The notes beneath the pieces are model-generated. The model worked only from the letters and a program-made list of their open reading frames with translations. It was not told the DNA's origin and did no database searches. Shown in pieces: positions 6,156-14,447 of a stretch of DNA of 18,736 nt. This stretch comes from Planctomycetota bacterium (lineage in GTDB: Bacteria; Planctomycetota; GCA-002687715; DRQF01). Position 1 is the first letter of the stretch, and each line of letters starts with the position of its first letter. A program made the translations under genes and the position numbers. The stretch lies in contig JAZGFI010000108.1 in NCBI GenBank assembly GCA_036479435.1, forward strand, positions 1-18,736, in the 5' to 3' direction.

Positions 6156-8773
6156 CAGCGCTCCTCCGGGGAGTTCGGGTGATAGTCCGGGCTTCCGTCG
6201 AACTGCACGGGGACCAGAGTCTCATCGCGGGGAGCGAAAATGCCGAGGAGCGGAACCAGGAATAGGAAGGCCAGGCTAAGACCGGACACGAGTCCACCCC
6301 AGCGCAAAGAGTCCGGGTCGTAGCGAAGCTCAATACGGGTAATCCCTGCCTCTACCGGCACCGCCATGGCGAAGTTGTTCGCGCGCAGAATGGGAATGGT
6401 CTCTTTGCGCCGGCCCTTTTTGTTCAGCGTCCAGGCCTTCCAACCTCTCATGTACTGCTGGCTGACGACCATGACGCCGCCACTTTCCGCGTTGACTTCC
6501 AACACCATTTGCCCGGCCCGGGAAGACCTGACCGTGGTAGTTTCGAGACCTTTGGGCTGGTCGTATCGGCTTTGCATGCCCCGGCGAAGTTCATTCAAGT
6601 AGACGCGCTTTGCAAAGGGGTTTTCGTCTTCGGCTTGCAGTACTGCGAAGTTGCGGAAAGTCTCGAGCATCCGGTCACGCGGCGCGACTTCGACTTCATG
6701 CACCAAGTATGCCGGCGGAAATGGCGGATCTGGGTTCTCGTAAATCACCATATCAACGATGCCCTGGTGATCGGCGGGCGGGTAGACTTTGGGCCAGGTG
6801 ACCCCCGGTATCTCCCGGCGAGCGATCGCAAACTTGACGCGCAGCAGGTCTAATTGAGGGCGCAACAGTGAGTCGGGATTCCCCAAGTTCGGCAGTCCCA
6901 CTTCGTAGGGATTCGCTTCCACCGTACGCATGAAGTCTAAGTAGCTCTGGGGAGCCAACGCGCGGAACCCCTGGGTGTCGTTGAGCGGGTAAATCTGCGC
7001 GATGTTGGGACTGAAATAAACCGCCGTGGCCGCGGGCTCCAAGCGGATGAACCTCGAGTTGCCGAGGTTTTCTCGAAGGTAGTCGATGCCCGGCGCGGGC
7101 GTGGTGAAAAATCCTTCGGATCTGACCGGCCGATTAAACCGAACCCCGTACCACGCCAACTCAAGACTCACGAACACGATAGCGATGGCGAATACCCAGC
7201 GCGGCCCACACCGTTTGTGGAGGAACGCCAAGGTGGTCGCTACGACGCCGAGCATGGTCAGGAAGAAGACCGTGAGGTTTAAGCGGAGTTGCTCTAAGGG
7301 CACTTGGGTAAACGCTTCGAGGTCGGCGCGGCTGTTGTTTTGAACCCCAAAGGCCTCGGCGGCTCCCAAATCCAAGAAGAGATCCGTCATCATCGGTAAG
7401 CACCAAGTCGGTGCTACCCACATCGCCGTCAAGGCCAGGATTACCGGTGCTAAGAAAATGACGAAGGCGATAACCGCCAATCGGAAAGCGCGTGGAAACT
7501 CATTGTGCGCCCTTCGCAACATGCGGTCGAGGACGATGGCCGCAAGCATGGGCATCGCGAAGGCCACGATCTGCGTGAAGCGCATCGGGCTGCCGACGTT
7601 GAATCCTGGGAGTCTGACGAGTAGATCTAGCAACGGTGTGCCAAGGGCCACCAAAAGTGCCGCCGCGGCGGTGATCCAAAGAGTCAACGTGATGCGATCG
7701 CGCCGCACAAAAGGGGCGATCAGAAAGAGCAAAAGCGTCAACAGGCCGCCAAAGAAACTACGTTCCGAGTAGTTATTGCGGGTGGCGATGAATTCCCCGG
7801 GATTACTCAACAACCATGATTCAAAAATGTTGGGTCGGTGGAAGTCGGCCGGATTGCCGAAGAAGTCGGGAATGACGAGGGCCACCAAGGCAATGGGTTG
7901 CAGGGCATCGGCCTTAAGATCCGATAGGGTGCGGTCTTGATGACCGGATACGGCGGCCAAGTCGAACATCGGAGCCAGTTGAACCATCGCCAACAAGATG
8001 CCGATGACACCGAATCCGATGAGCAGGCCAGCTCGGCCCAGAGCACGTTCGACTCCTTGCCTCATCGCGCAGTGAGCGAGGGCCACCGTCGTGTAGATGG
8101 CAATCACCAAGGCATTGTTGAAGGCTGCTTGAGGGAATCCCGCGAAGAACATGCACGCGACAGAGACCGACAACAAGATCAGTGCCCAACGGCCGCGCGA
8201 CTTGAGAAAGTGTTCGATCGCGCCCAAAGCCAAAGGCAACCATACATAGGCATGGACGAAATAGTTGTGCTGATGATGCACGGTCATCCACCCGCCAAGG
8301 GCGAAGGCAAATCCGCCAAACAGGGCGGCAGCGGGGAGCACGCGGATACTGCGCAAGTAAAAGTAAGCAAAGAGCGCGGCTAGAAAGATGTGGAGTGCGG
8401 CCAAAATCCCGTAGCTTTTGAGGAGGTTGACGCGCAGCATCATCAGATTGAAGGGGTAAAAGACTGCAGTCAGCGGATTGGCTTGGTGTGGCAATCCCGC
8501 GAAGTTGTGAGGGTTCCACAACGGGACATGGCCCGCGTCGAGTTCGCGTCGCGTGTGCACTTGATCGGGATGGATGATCGCATGCTTGTCGCTGACGATG
8601 TCGTTTTTGGGTTCTTCGCGAACCCAATCTGGTGCGTCCAGACCCCAGGGGTCAATGGATGACGGGTGTTTCGAATAAAGGACCTTTTCGCCGGAGATGA
8701 AAGGCAATGCGCACAATGCCCCGAGCAACACGATGACGAAGAGTGCCGCGAGGTCTTTCCTGGCTTTCTTCAT
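6155..8773 (-). CDS. YfhO-family membrane protein (putative GT-C glycosyltransferase)
   Basis: Motifs GHVPLWNPHNFAGLP, FYP, WLPL, FAGFPQ, QLAP and RF. The C-terminus VVSQQY.RGWKA...RANNFAMAVPVEAG...IELRYDP plus a final TM segment is characteristic of YfhO-like proteins. ATGA overlap with the upstream gene. Confidence 0.88.
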   Translation of the reverse strand: MKKARKDLAALFVIVLLGALCALPFISGEKVLYSKHPSSIDPWGLDAPDWVREEPKNDIVSDKHAIIHPDQVHTRRELDAGHVPLWNPHNFAGLPHQANPLTAVFYPFNLMMLRVNLLKSYGILAALHIFLAALFAYFYLRSIRVLPAAALFGGFAFALGGWMTVHHQHNYFVHAYVWLPLALGAIEHFLKSRGRWALILLSVSVACMFFAGFPQAAFNNALVIAIYTTVALAHCAMRQGVERALGRAGLLIGFGVIGILLAMVQLAPMFDLAAVSGHQDRTLSDLKADALQPIALVALVIPDFFGNPADFHRPNIFESWLLSNPGEFIATRNNYSERSFFGGLLTLLLFLIAPFVRRDRITLTLWITAAAALLVALGTPLLDLLVRLPGFNVGSPMRFTQIVAFAMPMLAAIVLDRMLRRAHNEFPRAFRLAVIAFVIFLAPVILALTAMWVAPTWCLPMMTDLFLDLGAAEAFGVQNNSRADLEAFTQVPLEQLRLNLTVFFLTMLGVVATTLAFLHKRCGPRWVFAIAIVFVSLELAWYGVRFNRPVRSEGFFTTPAPGIDYLRENLGNSRFIRLEPAATAVYFSPNIAQIYPLNDTQGFRALAPQSYLDFMRTVEANPYEVGLPNLGNPDSLLRPQLDLLRVKFAIARREIPGVTWPKVYPPADHQGIVDMVIYENPDPPFPPAYLVHEVEVAPRDRMLETFRNFAVLQAEDENPFAKRVYLNELRRGMQSRYDQPKGLETTTVRSSRAGQMVLEVNAESGGVMVVSQQYMRGWKAWTLNKKGRRKETIPILRANNFAMAVPVEAGITRIELRYDPDSLRWGGLVSGLSLAFLFLVPLLGIFAPRDETLVPVQFDGSPDYHPNSPEER

Positions 8774-9558
8774 TTTCGGGTGCTGGTTCCTTGGTCGCTT
8801 TCCAATGGCTTGCGGGCCATCAAGATAAGGGAGTGGCCCGTCGGCGCGCTCAAGTGTCGCAAGATAAAGCGCTCAGCCGAAAAGACGGTGGCAAAAAGCC
8901 GGTTCAGCCAGGCAGGCATTTTGACGTCGGTGTTGAATCGAGTCTCCTCGTCCCGTGGCGGATTTATTTTCTCCTGGACCTTCTTCAACATCACAAGGGT
9001 GAAAATGAGAGGAAAGAGGAAGAAGTTGATGTAGCTCCCTTTTTCAATCTCAAAGCCCTCGCGGCGGAATTTTCGTTTCAAGTCGCCGACGGTGTAGCGT
9101 CGCTGGTGATGCACCATCTTGTCCTGATGGGTGTAGAGAAACTGGTAGGCGGGGCCCGATAAAAAAAAGCGTCCACCCGGCTTCAGGATACGGAAGCACT
9201 CTTCGATGGTTTCTCGTTCTTCCGGGATATGTTCGAGGACGTCAAAGGCGCCAATGAGGTCGACGCTATTGTCTTTCAGGGGAAGCTTGTCGCCGAAACC
9301 CCTAAAGACTCGCTCAAAGCCGCGTTCCTTGCAGAACTCAAGCGAGCCGTGGTCGAGATCCATGCCGACGACTTCGCCGTATTCAGAAAGGGGGCCAAGC
9401 ATGCCGCCGACGCCGCAACCCAGATCCAAGACGACCGCGTCCGGTGACTTTGGGGGCATGGCACGGCGAATTTGATCGAAGAAAATGGCCCGGCGGCCGA
9501 CGAACCAAAAATGGTCTCGTTCGTTGCGCGCGAAAGTTACGTAAGCGGCCGCTTCCAT
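8770..9558 (-). CDS. Class I SAM-dependent methyltransferase
   Basis: Motifs HFWFVGRR, VLDLGCGVG, FDVLEHI, RILKPGG and HQD...HHQRRYT, a type commonly found in glycosylation loci. Confidence 0.92.
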   Translation of the reverse strand: MEAAAYVTFARNERDHFWFVGRRAIFFDQIRRAMPPKSPDAVVLDLGCGVGGMLGPLSEYGEVVGMDLDHGSLEFCKERGFERVFRGFGDKLPLKDNSVDLIGAFDVLEHIPEERETIEECFRILKPGGRFFLSGPAYQFLYTHQDKMVHHQRRYTVGDLKRKFRREGFEIEKGSYINFFLFPLIFTLVMLKKVQEKINPPRDEETRFNTDVKMPAWLNRLFATVFSAERFILRHLSAPTGHSLILMARKPLESDQGTSTRK

Positions 9559-9611
9559 CGATGTGTCCTGCGTCCCTTGGTTGTTTTGGGCCCGAGCCTA
9601 AGGTCGGGCGG

Positions 9612-10532
9612 TCAGTTTTTGAGCTTGGCGACGACGATGATTTCGTCACGTGGATTCAGGTAGAAAAACCGCCGACCAAACAAGCGCGCAGGGCGCAGCA
9701 GATGGTGCACGATCTTACTGTAGCGCTGCATGCGGTCGACAAAGAAATCAACCGATATGTATTTGCCCGCTCCGCTGTGGGTGATCAGGACTATTTCGAA
9801 TCCCGCGCGCTCTAAAGCCTGCTTCAGGGTGACCGGCGAAAAGTGGTAGACGTGCTCGAGCTGTTTGAAATGCTGCCATTTTGATCCCAGGAGTCGGGCG
9901 AAAAAGGCCGAGACGTCTTGGGTTTGGATGAACAGGCGTCCGCCAGGCTTCAAGAACCCTCGAATGCGCTCAAGCTCACGTATGGGATCGGCCAAATGCT
10001 CGATGACGTCCCACATTGCAACCGCGTCGCAGCTTTTGGCTTCGATGGGAGCGTCTTCCAGCTTGCCATTGAAAATAGAGTCGATGCCGAACTCTTCGCG
10101 GGCAAACTTGGTGACGTATTCGGACACTTCGACGCCGTGGACGTCGTAGTTGCGCTCTTTCATGGCGTGCAAGAAAAAGCCCGCCGCAGAGCCAATTTCG
10201 AGGATTTTACCCTTGGGAGTGTGTTTCGCCACCAGTTTGGCCTTGCGGCGAAAGGTCGCGAGGTAGCCCTCTTTGTCTTTGGTGTAGTCGGTGTAGCCGA
10301 ACTCGCTGGCGGAGTGGCTTTTGAAGTACTCGGTCTGATAGATCAGGTGGAGTTTTTCATCGGGCACGCGCGGGGTGACATACACAAAGCCGCAGCCGCA
10401 GCGAATGATGGAAAACGGCGGATCACTGAAGATCAGCTTGCCGTCATCACGCTCGCACATGTAACAGGACACTGACTCCAAAGGGAGACTCTCTTCGCCA
10501 AAGAGCTGCTCTGTCGTCAGAAGTTCTGCCAT
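9612..10532 (-). CDS. Class I SAM-dependent methyltransferase with N-terminal Cys cluster (putative Zn site)
   Basis: CYMC...RCGCGFVY, ILEIGSAAG, WDVIEHLADP, LKPGG and EHVYHFS. Starts 1 bp after the upstream stop. Confidence 0.92.
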   Translation of the reverse strand: MAELLTTEQLFGEESLPLESVSCYMCERDDGKLIFSDPPFSIIRCGCGFVYVTPRVPDEKLHLIYQTEYFKSHSASEFGYTDYTKDKEGYLATFRRKAKLVAKHTPKGKILEIGSAAGFFLHAMKERNYDVHGVEVSEYVTKFAREEFGIDSIFNGKLEDAPIEAKSCDAVAMWDVIEHLADPIRELERIRGFLKPGGRLFIQTQDVSAFFARLLGSKWQHFKQLEHVYHFSPVTLKQALERAGFEIVLITHSGAGKYISVDFFVDRMQRYSKIVHHLLRPARLFGRRFFYLNPRDEIIVVAKLKN

Positions 10533-10533
10533 G

Positions 10534-11958
10534 TCAACCGAAGTACTTGTCGCCAGTTGCGACGCCGCGATGGCTTTCGCCCCGGCCGAGAATGTTGTCG
10601 GCGGCGGTGAGGCCCATCGAAATGGAGTGGTCCATGTTGTTGTACTTGAAAAGCCCCTGGCGACCGGTGGTGTCGAGCCCTTCGATCTTGTCGATGTGCG
10701 CCAAGCTTATTTCCAGCGGTTCGCGATAGGTCAAGGTGTAGAGCGGGTAGGCATAGACTTCGCGGTGCGTGAAGGTTTCCAGCACTTCGGACTCTTTGAT
10801 GAGCCCCATGTATTCGAGGTCGTGGATGGCGATGGCGCGCAGCTCGTCATCGTTCTTTTTCCACATCTCGTCGCCCAGATCGCAGGTGATCTCTGCGCAC
10901 ACCAGGGTTTTGTCTGCCGGTGCACACTCTTCGCTGAAGTTCTTGAACTCCGAGATTCGGTGAACCGTAAGCGTGTCTTCGGGAATGTAGACCCAGTGGT
11001 CCGGGGAAACCTGTTCTCGATCCAAAATCAAGTACACGAAAACCATGCTGCGGTGTTCGAGGCTATTGGAGGCTTCCATGACTTCGGCTGGCGGCGCGGG
11101 GTCGAGCAAGGGTAAGAGGCGGGTGACCGGAATCGTGTTCAAGATCGTGTCGGAGTGATAGGTCTCTTCGCGGCCATCCTCAAACTTCACTTTGATTCCG
11201 CGCGCTTCACCGCCCTTGACCAGGATCGACTGGACGGTGGCACCGCAGTGGACCTCGGCGCCGAGTTTTTCGGCTTCGCGAGCGAAACTAATGGCGATCT
11301 CGCCGATGCCGCCGTGTTTTGGGTAGTGGAAGCTGGAAACCAAGCTCCGGACTTCACCCTTGGGCTTAAAGATCGACTTTTTTACCGCATCCCAAAGCGA
11401 AGCCTGGCTGATGCGTTGGCTCGCCCAATCGGCCGAAATCTTGTCGCAGGGGATGCCCCAGGTTTTTTCGGTGTAGACCCCAAAAAAGATCTCATAAAGC
11501 TTGCGTCCAAAGCGCGAGACCACCCAACCTTCGAAGTGGTTTTGGTCGGGACGCGCAAAGACGTTTTTGACGATCTGAAGGTAGTAGTCAAACATCGCCC
11601 GGATCATCACCGGCTTGGGCAGCTGCCAGAGGGCTTTTTGGAGTTTGAGCGGGTAATCGAAGAACTGATTGTAGAGCAGAATTCGCGACACTCGGTCGCG
11701 CTCGACTTTGTTCTCGCCCAAGACCTCAAGCGTCACATCGTGGACGCGGTCGTCCATGCTATGGAAGCGGTGAGGCCCGATGTCGTAGCTGAATTCGCCG
11801 TGTTCACACTTGTAAATCCGGCTCTTCGCGAGGCCGCCAACGGTTTCTTCCTGGTCGAAAAGGAAGACTTTTCGCCCCGCTTTGGACAGGCAGTACGCGG
11901 CGCTAACGCCAGCGAGGCCGCCGCCGAGAATCAATACGGGATCTACTGCCTTGGTCAT
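10534..11958 (-). CDS. FAD-dependent oxidoreductase, PRK07208-like (UDP-galactopyranose mutase/protoporphyrinogen oxidase superfamily)
   Basis: Motifs ILGGGLAG, VGGLAKS, DIGPHRF, FFDYPL, YTEKTWG..C..ISADWA.QRI, YAYP and GRQGLFKYNNMDHS. Start set to ATG 11958, just before the Rossmann motif, with GAGG upstream. Confidence 0.88.
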   Translation of the reverse strand: MTKAVDPVLILGGGLAGVSAAYCLSKAGRKVFLFDQEETVGGLAKSRIYKCEHGEFSYDIGPHRFHSMDDRVHDVTLEVLGENKVERDRVSRILLYNQFFDYPLKLQKALWQLPKPVMIRAMFDYYLQIVKNVFARPDQNHFEGWVVSRFGRKLYEIFFGVYTEKTWGIPCDKISADWASQRISQASLWDAVKKSIFKPKGEVRSLVSSFHYPKHGGIGEIAISFAREAEKLGAEVHCGATVQSILVKGGEARGIKVKFEDGREETYHSDTILNTIPVTRLLPLLDPAPPAEVMEASNSLEHRSMVFVYLILDREQVSPDHWVYIPEDTLTVHRISEFKNFSEECAPADKTLVCAEITCDLGDEMWKKNDDELRAIAIHDLEYMGLIKESEVLETFTHREVYAYPLYTLTYREPLEISLAHIDKIEGLDTTGRQGLFKYNNMDHSISMGLTAADNILGRGESHRGVATGDKYFG

Positions 11959-12285
11959 CGTGTCTATGCCAACCTCAAGAAATCGACGGAGTTTTGATCG
12001 ACCAAGGAGGCGACCCCTGGCTAAAGTCTGTCTTAAACCAGCAATTATGAAAACGGCGCTTGGGAACTCTTGGCCTGGCATCAAACCGGGCCACGCAGCT
12101 CAGCCTCACGCGGAGCCAGACCAGGCTCAGTTCAACCGCAGCTACCCATCTTGTCGATGGAGCTTGCGGAGCGTAACAAGGGGAAGCGTTTGCGCCAAAC
12201 TTGAAGGCGGGGCGCCGAATGTCATAACACGTTTGTGAACAATGACTTAGGTTGCAGGGTCGACCCTGCGGGACAAGGGGCACAT

Positions 12286-13203
12286 GTGGGCCTGATTGCA
12301 CAATGTCTGCGCTTTCGCGAGATGGTCGTCTCCTTTACGAGACGTGACCTTCAGCAGCGCTATGTCGGGAGTGTTCTCGGCTGGCCCTGGCCTTTTATTC
12401 AGCCCTTGATGATGCTCGGGGTCTACTACCTCGTCTTCAACGTCCTTTTGGACATCAAAGTCCCGCCGGCTTGGCGCGAACAAATGGCCCAACGTTTGGG
12501 TTTGGAAGCCGATTCCGCCGCCGTCGGTAGCTTCCAGGTCATCGTATTGTGCTGCGGACTCATTCCTTGGCTCGCCACCGCGGAGTTTTTGGTGCGTTCG
12601 GCCGGGGTCATCCTCGAAAGCGGCAGCATGGTGAAGAAAGTCCGGTTCCCGTCGGAGATTCTGCCGGTTGCCCTGATCGGGTCCTACGTCATCAACATGG
12701 TGATCTTGTTCACTGTGTTTTTGGCCTTCACCTGGGGCTTGACTCTCTTCAGGTCGCCGCTGTTTTGGCTGTTCCCCGTGGTGGTCGTGCTCCATTTGAT
12801 GTTCATGTTGGGCCTGGGCTTTTTGCTCGCGACCGCCAACGTTTTTGTGCGCGATGTCGGTCAGCTGGTACCCATTTTCATCAACCTGTGGTTTTTCCTT
12901 TCGCCCATCGTGTACTTGCGCGAGATGCTGGTGAATTCGGAAGGGGAGCCCGCGACTTGGCTCTGGGTTTTTGATTGGAACCCCCTCACCTACCTCATGG
13001 ACCTCTATCGTTGGACCTTGGTTTTTCCCGAGGAAATTCGCCTGACCATCGACCGCAGTGGCCAAGAGAATATCTGGATCGAAGTCGGGATGACCGACGT
13101 GTTCCGAGAACTCGGTATTTTTGCGGCAATCGCCATTTCGCTCTACTTTATCGGGTACCACGTTTTCATGGCCAATAAGCACCGCTTTGCGGACGAGTTG
13201 TAG
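12286..13203 (+). CDS. wzm: ABC-2 polysaccharide exporter permease
   Basis: Motifs RDLQQRYVGSVLGW.W..IQPL, GLIPW, VKKVRFP.EILP, NVFVRD, WFFLSPIVY, NPLT and FADEL. GTG 12286 is preferred (AAGGGG upstream); GTG 12235 is an alternative start. Confidence 0.93.
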   Translation: MGLIAQCLRFREMVVSFTRRDLQQRYVGSVLGWPWPFIQPLMMLGVYYLVFNVLLDIKVPPAWREQMAQRLGLEADSAAVGSFQVIVLCCGLIPWLATAEFLVRSAGVILESGSMVKKVRFPSEILPVALIGSYVINMVILFTVFLAFTWGLTLFRSPLFWLFPVVVVLHLMFMLGLGFLLATANVFVRDVGQLVPIFINLWFFLSPIVYLREMLVNSEGEPATWLWVFDWNPLTYLMDLYRWTLVFPEEIRLTIDRSGQENIWIEVGMTDVFRELGIFAAIAISLYFIGYHVFMANKHRFADEL

Positions 13204-13211
13204 GGCGGACC

Positions 13212-14447
13212 ATGGCTAAACCAAGCGTCAGCGTCAAAGACCTCGGCAAGTGCTACAAAATCTATCCCGATGCGCGCCACCGCATGAAGGAGTGGTTGAG
13301 CCCCACGCGAAAATCCTACCACGAAGAAAAGTGGGCGCTTCGCGGCATTAACTTCGACCTTTACCCCGGCCAAGCGCTGGGCATTGTGGGGATCAACGGC
13401 GCGGGCAAGTCCACGCTCTTAAAGATCCTCACCGGCACGTCGACCCAGACCACGGGAAACTATCAGCTGGATGGATCGGTGTCGTCGCTGCTGGAACTAG
13501 GCGCTGGTTTTCACCCGGAGTTTTCGGGCAAGCAAAACATCTACATGAACGCGGCGATCCAGGGTATTTCCAAAACTCAGGTCGATCAGCAGTACGAAGA
13601 AATCGCCGCCTTCACTGAGCTGGGGTCAGCGCTCAGTCGCCCGGTTCGCACCTATTCTTCGGGAATGGCGATGCGCCTCGGGTTCGCGGCATCCATGCTG
13701 GTTGACCCGGATGTCTTGATCTTGGATGAAGTCCTCGCCGTCGGCGACGCGCACTTTCAAAAAAAGTGCATGGACCAGTTCACGACTTTCCGCAACCAAA
13801 ATAAGACAATCCTCTTCGTCAGTCACAGCGTCTTTCACGTGCGCGAGATCTGCGACCGTGTCATCTGGATTCACGACGGCGAAATGGTCATGGACGGCGA
13901 TGCCAACGCCGTCACCGACGAGTACGAAACGAAACTGCTCGAACACCAAAGACCCGCGATGGCCTCCGTCGACGAGGCGGCAGAACTGAAGATGGGGCTC
14001 GCAAAGATCAAGGGCTTCGACGTCATGAAGCCCAATGGCGGCGGGGTTTTTACAGAGCAAGAGCCCATCGAGATCGGTACCAATGACGACCTCGTGGTGC
14101 GACTTCGCGTCCAGCACCCCGAAGCTGGCGCTGAGCTTTACCCGATGATCGCGGTCCTTCGAAACGATGGCTTGCTCGTGGTTTCAACCCGCCCCGAACA
14201 GGCCGTACGAGCCTCTGGCGGCGAAGACATTGTCGAGTTGAGACTGTCCGATCTTCGCATCTTGGGCGGTGAGTACTACTTCAACCTTTATCTCGCCGAC
14301 GGCTCGGGAACCCACATCGTCGATCAAATGCTGCACGCGCGCCGCTTCAAGGTGCGTAGCCGGCACTTCGAAAAAGGTATCTACCTTTCGGATTATTCCT
14401 ACCGCGTCGTTGACGCCGCGTCCGCGGACCCCGGAACATCATCGTGA
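13212..14447 (+). CDS. wzt: ABC polysaccharide exporter ATPase with C-terminal Wzt_C-type domain
   Basis: Walker A GINGAGKST, LLELGAGFHPE, signature YSSGM, Walker B LILDE, VGDAHFQKK and VSH, followed by about 150 aa of beta-rich C-terminal extension. Confidence 0.95.
   Translation: MAKPSVSVKDLGKCYKIYPDARHRMKEWLSPTRKSYHEEKWALRGINFDLYPGQALGIVGINGAGKSTLLKILTGTSTQTTGNYQLDGSVSSLLELGAGFHPEFSGKQNIYMNAAIQGISKTQVDQQYEEIAAFTELGSALSRPVRTYSSGMAMRLGFAASMLVDPDVLILDEVLAVGDAHFQKKCMDQFTTFRNQNKTILFVSHSVFHVREICDRVIWIHDGEMVMDGDANAVTDEYETKLLEHQRPAMASVDEAAELKMGLAKIKGFDVMKPNGGGVFTEQEPIEIGTNDDLVVRLRVQHPEAGAELYPMIAVLRNDGLLVVSTRPEQAVRASGGEDIVELRLSDLRILGGEYYFNLYLADGSGTHIVDQMLHARRFKVRSRHFEKGIYLSDYSYRVVDAASADPGTSS

Noticed and set aside
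10534..11958. Calling this gene hemY/protoporphyrinogen oxidase or glf
   Set aside because: No heme genes are nearby, and its length and motifs differ from canonical Glf, so no gene symbol is justified.
11155..11997. 280-aa plus-strand ORF
   Set aside because: Antisense shadow of the flavoenzyme gene with no family motifs.
11959..12285. ops/JUMPStart element or clear promoters in the divergent intergenic region
   Set aside because: No GGCGGTAG-type ops sequence seen on either strand. Promoter-like hexamers such as TTGAAG-16-CATAAC are too weak to call.
12247..13182. 311-aa ORF antisense to wzm
   Set aside because: It lies entirely opposite a clear wzm gene and has no recognisable motifs. 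It is a typical shadow ORF of GC-rich coding DNA.
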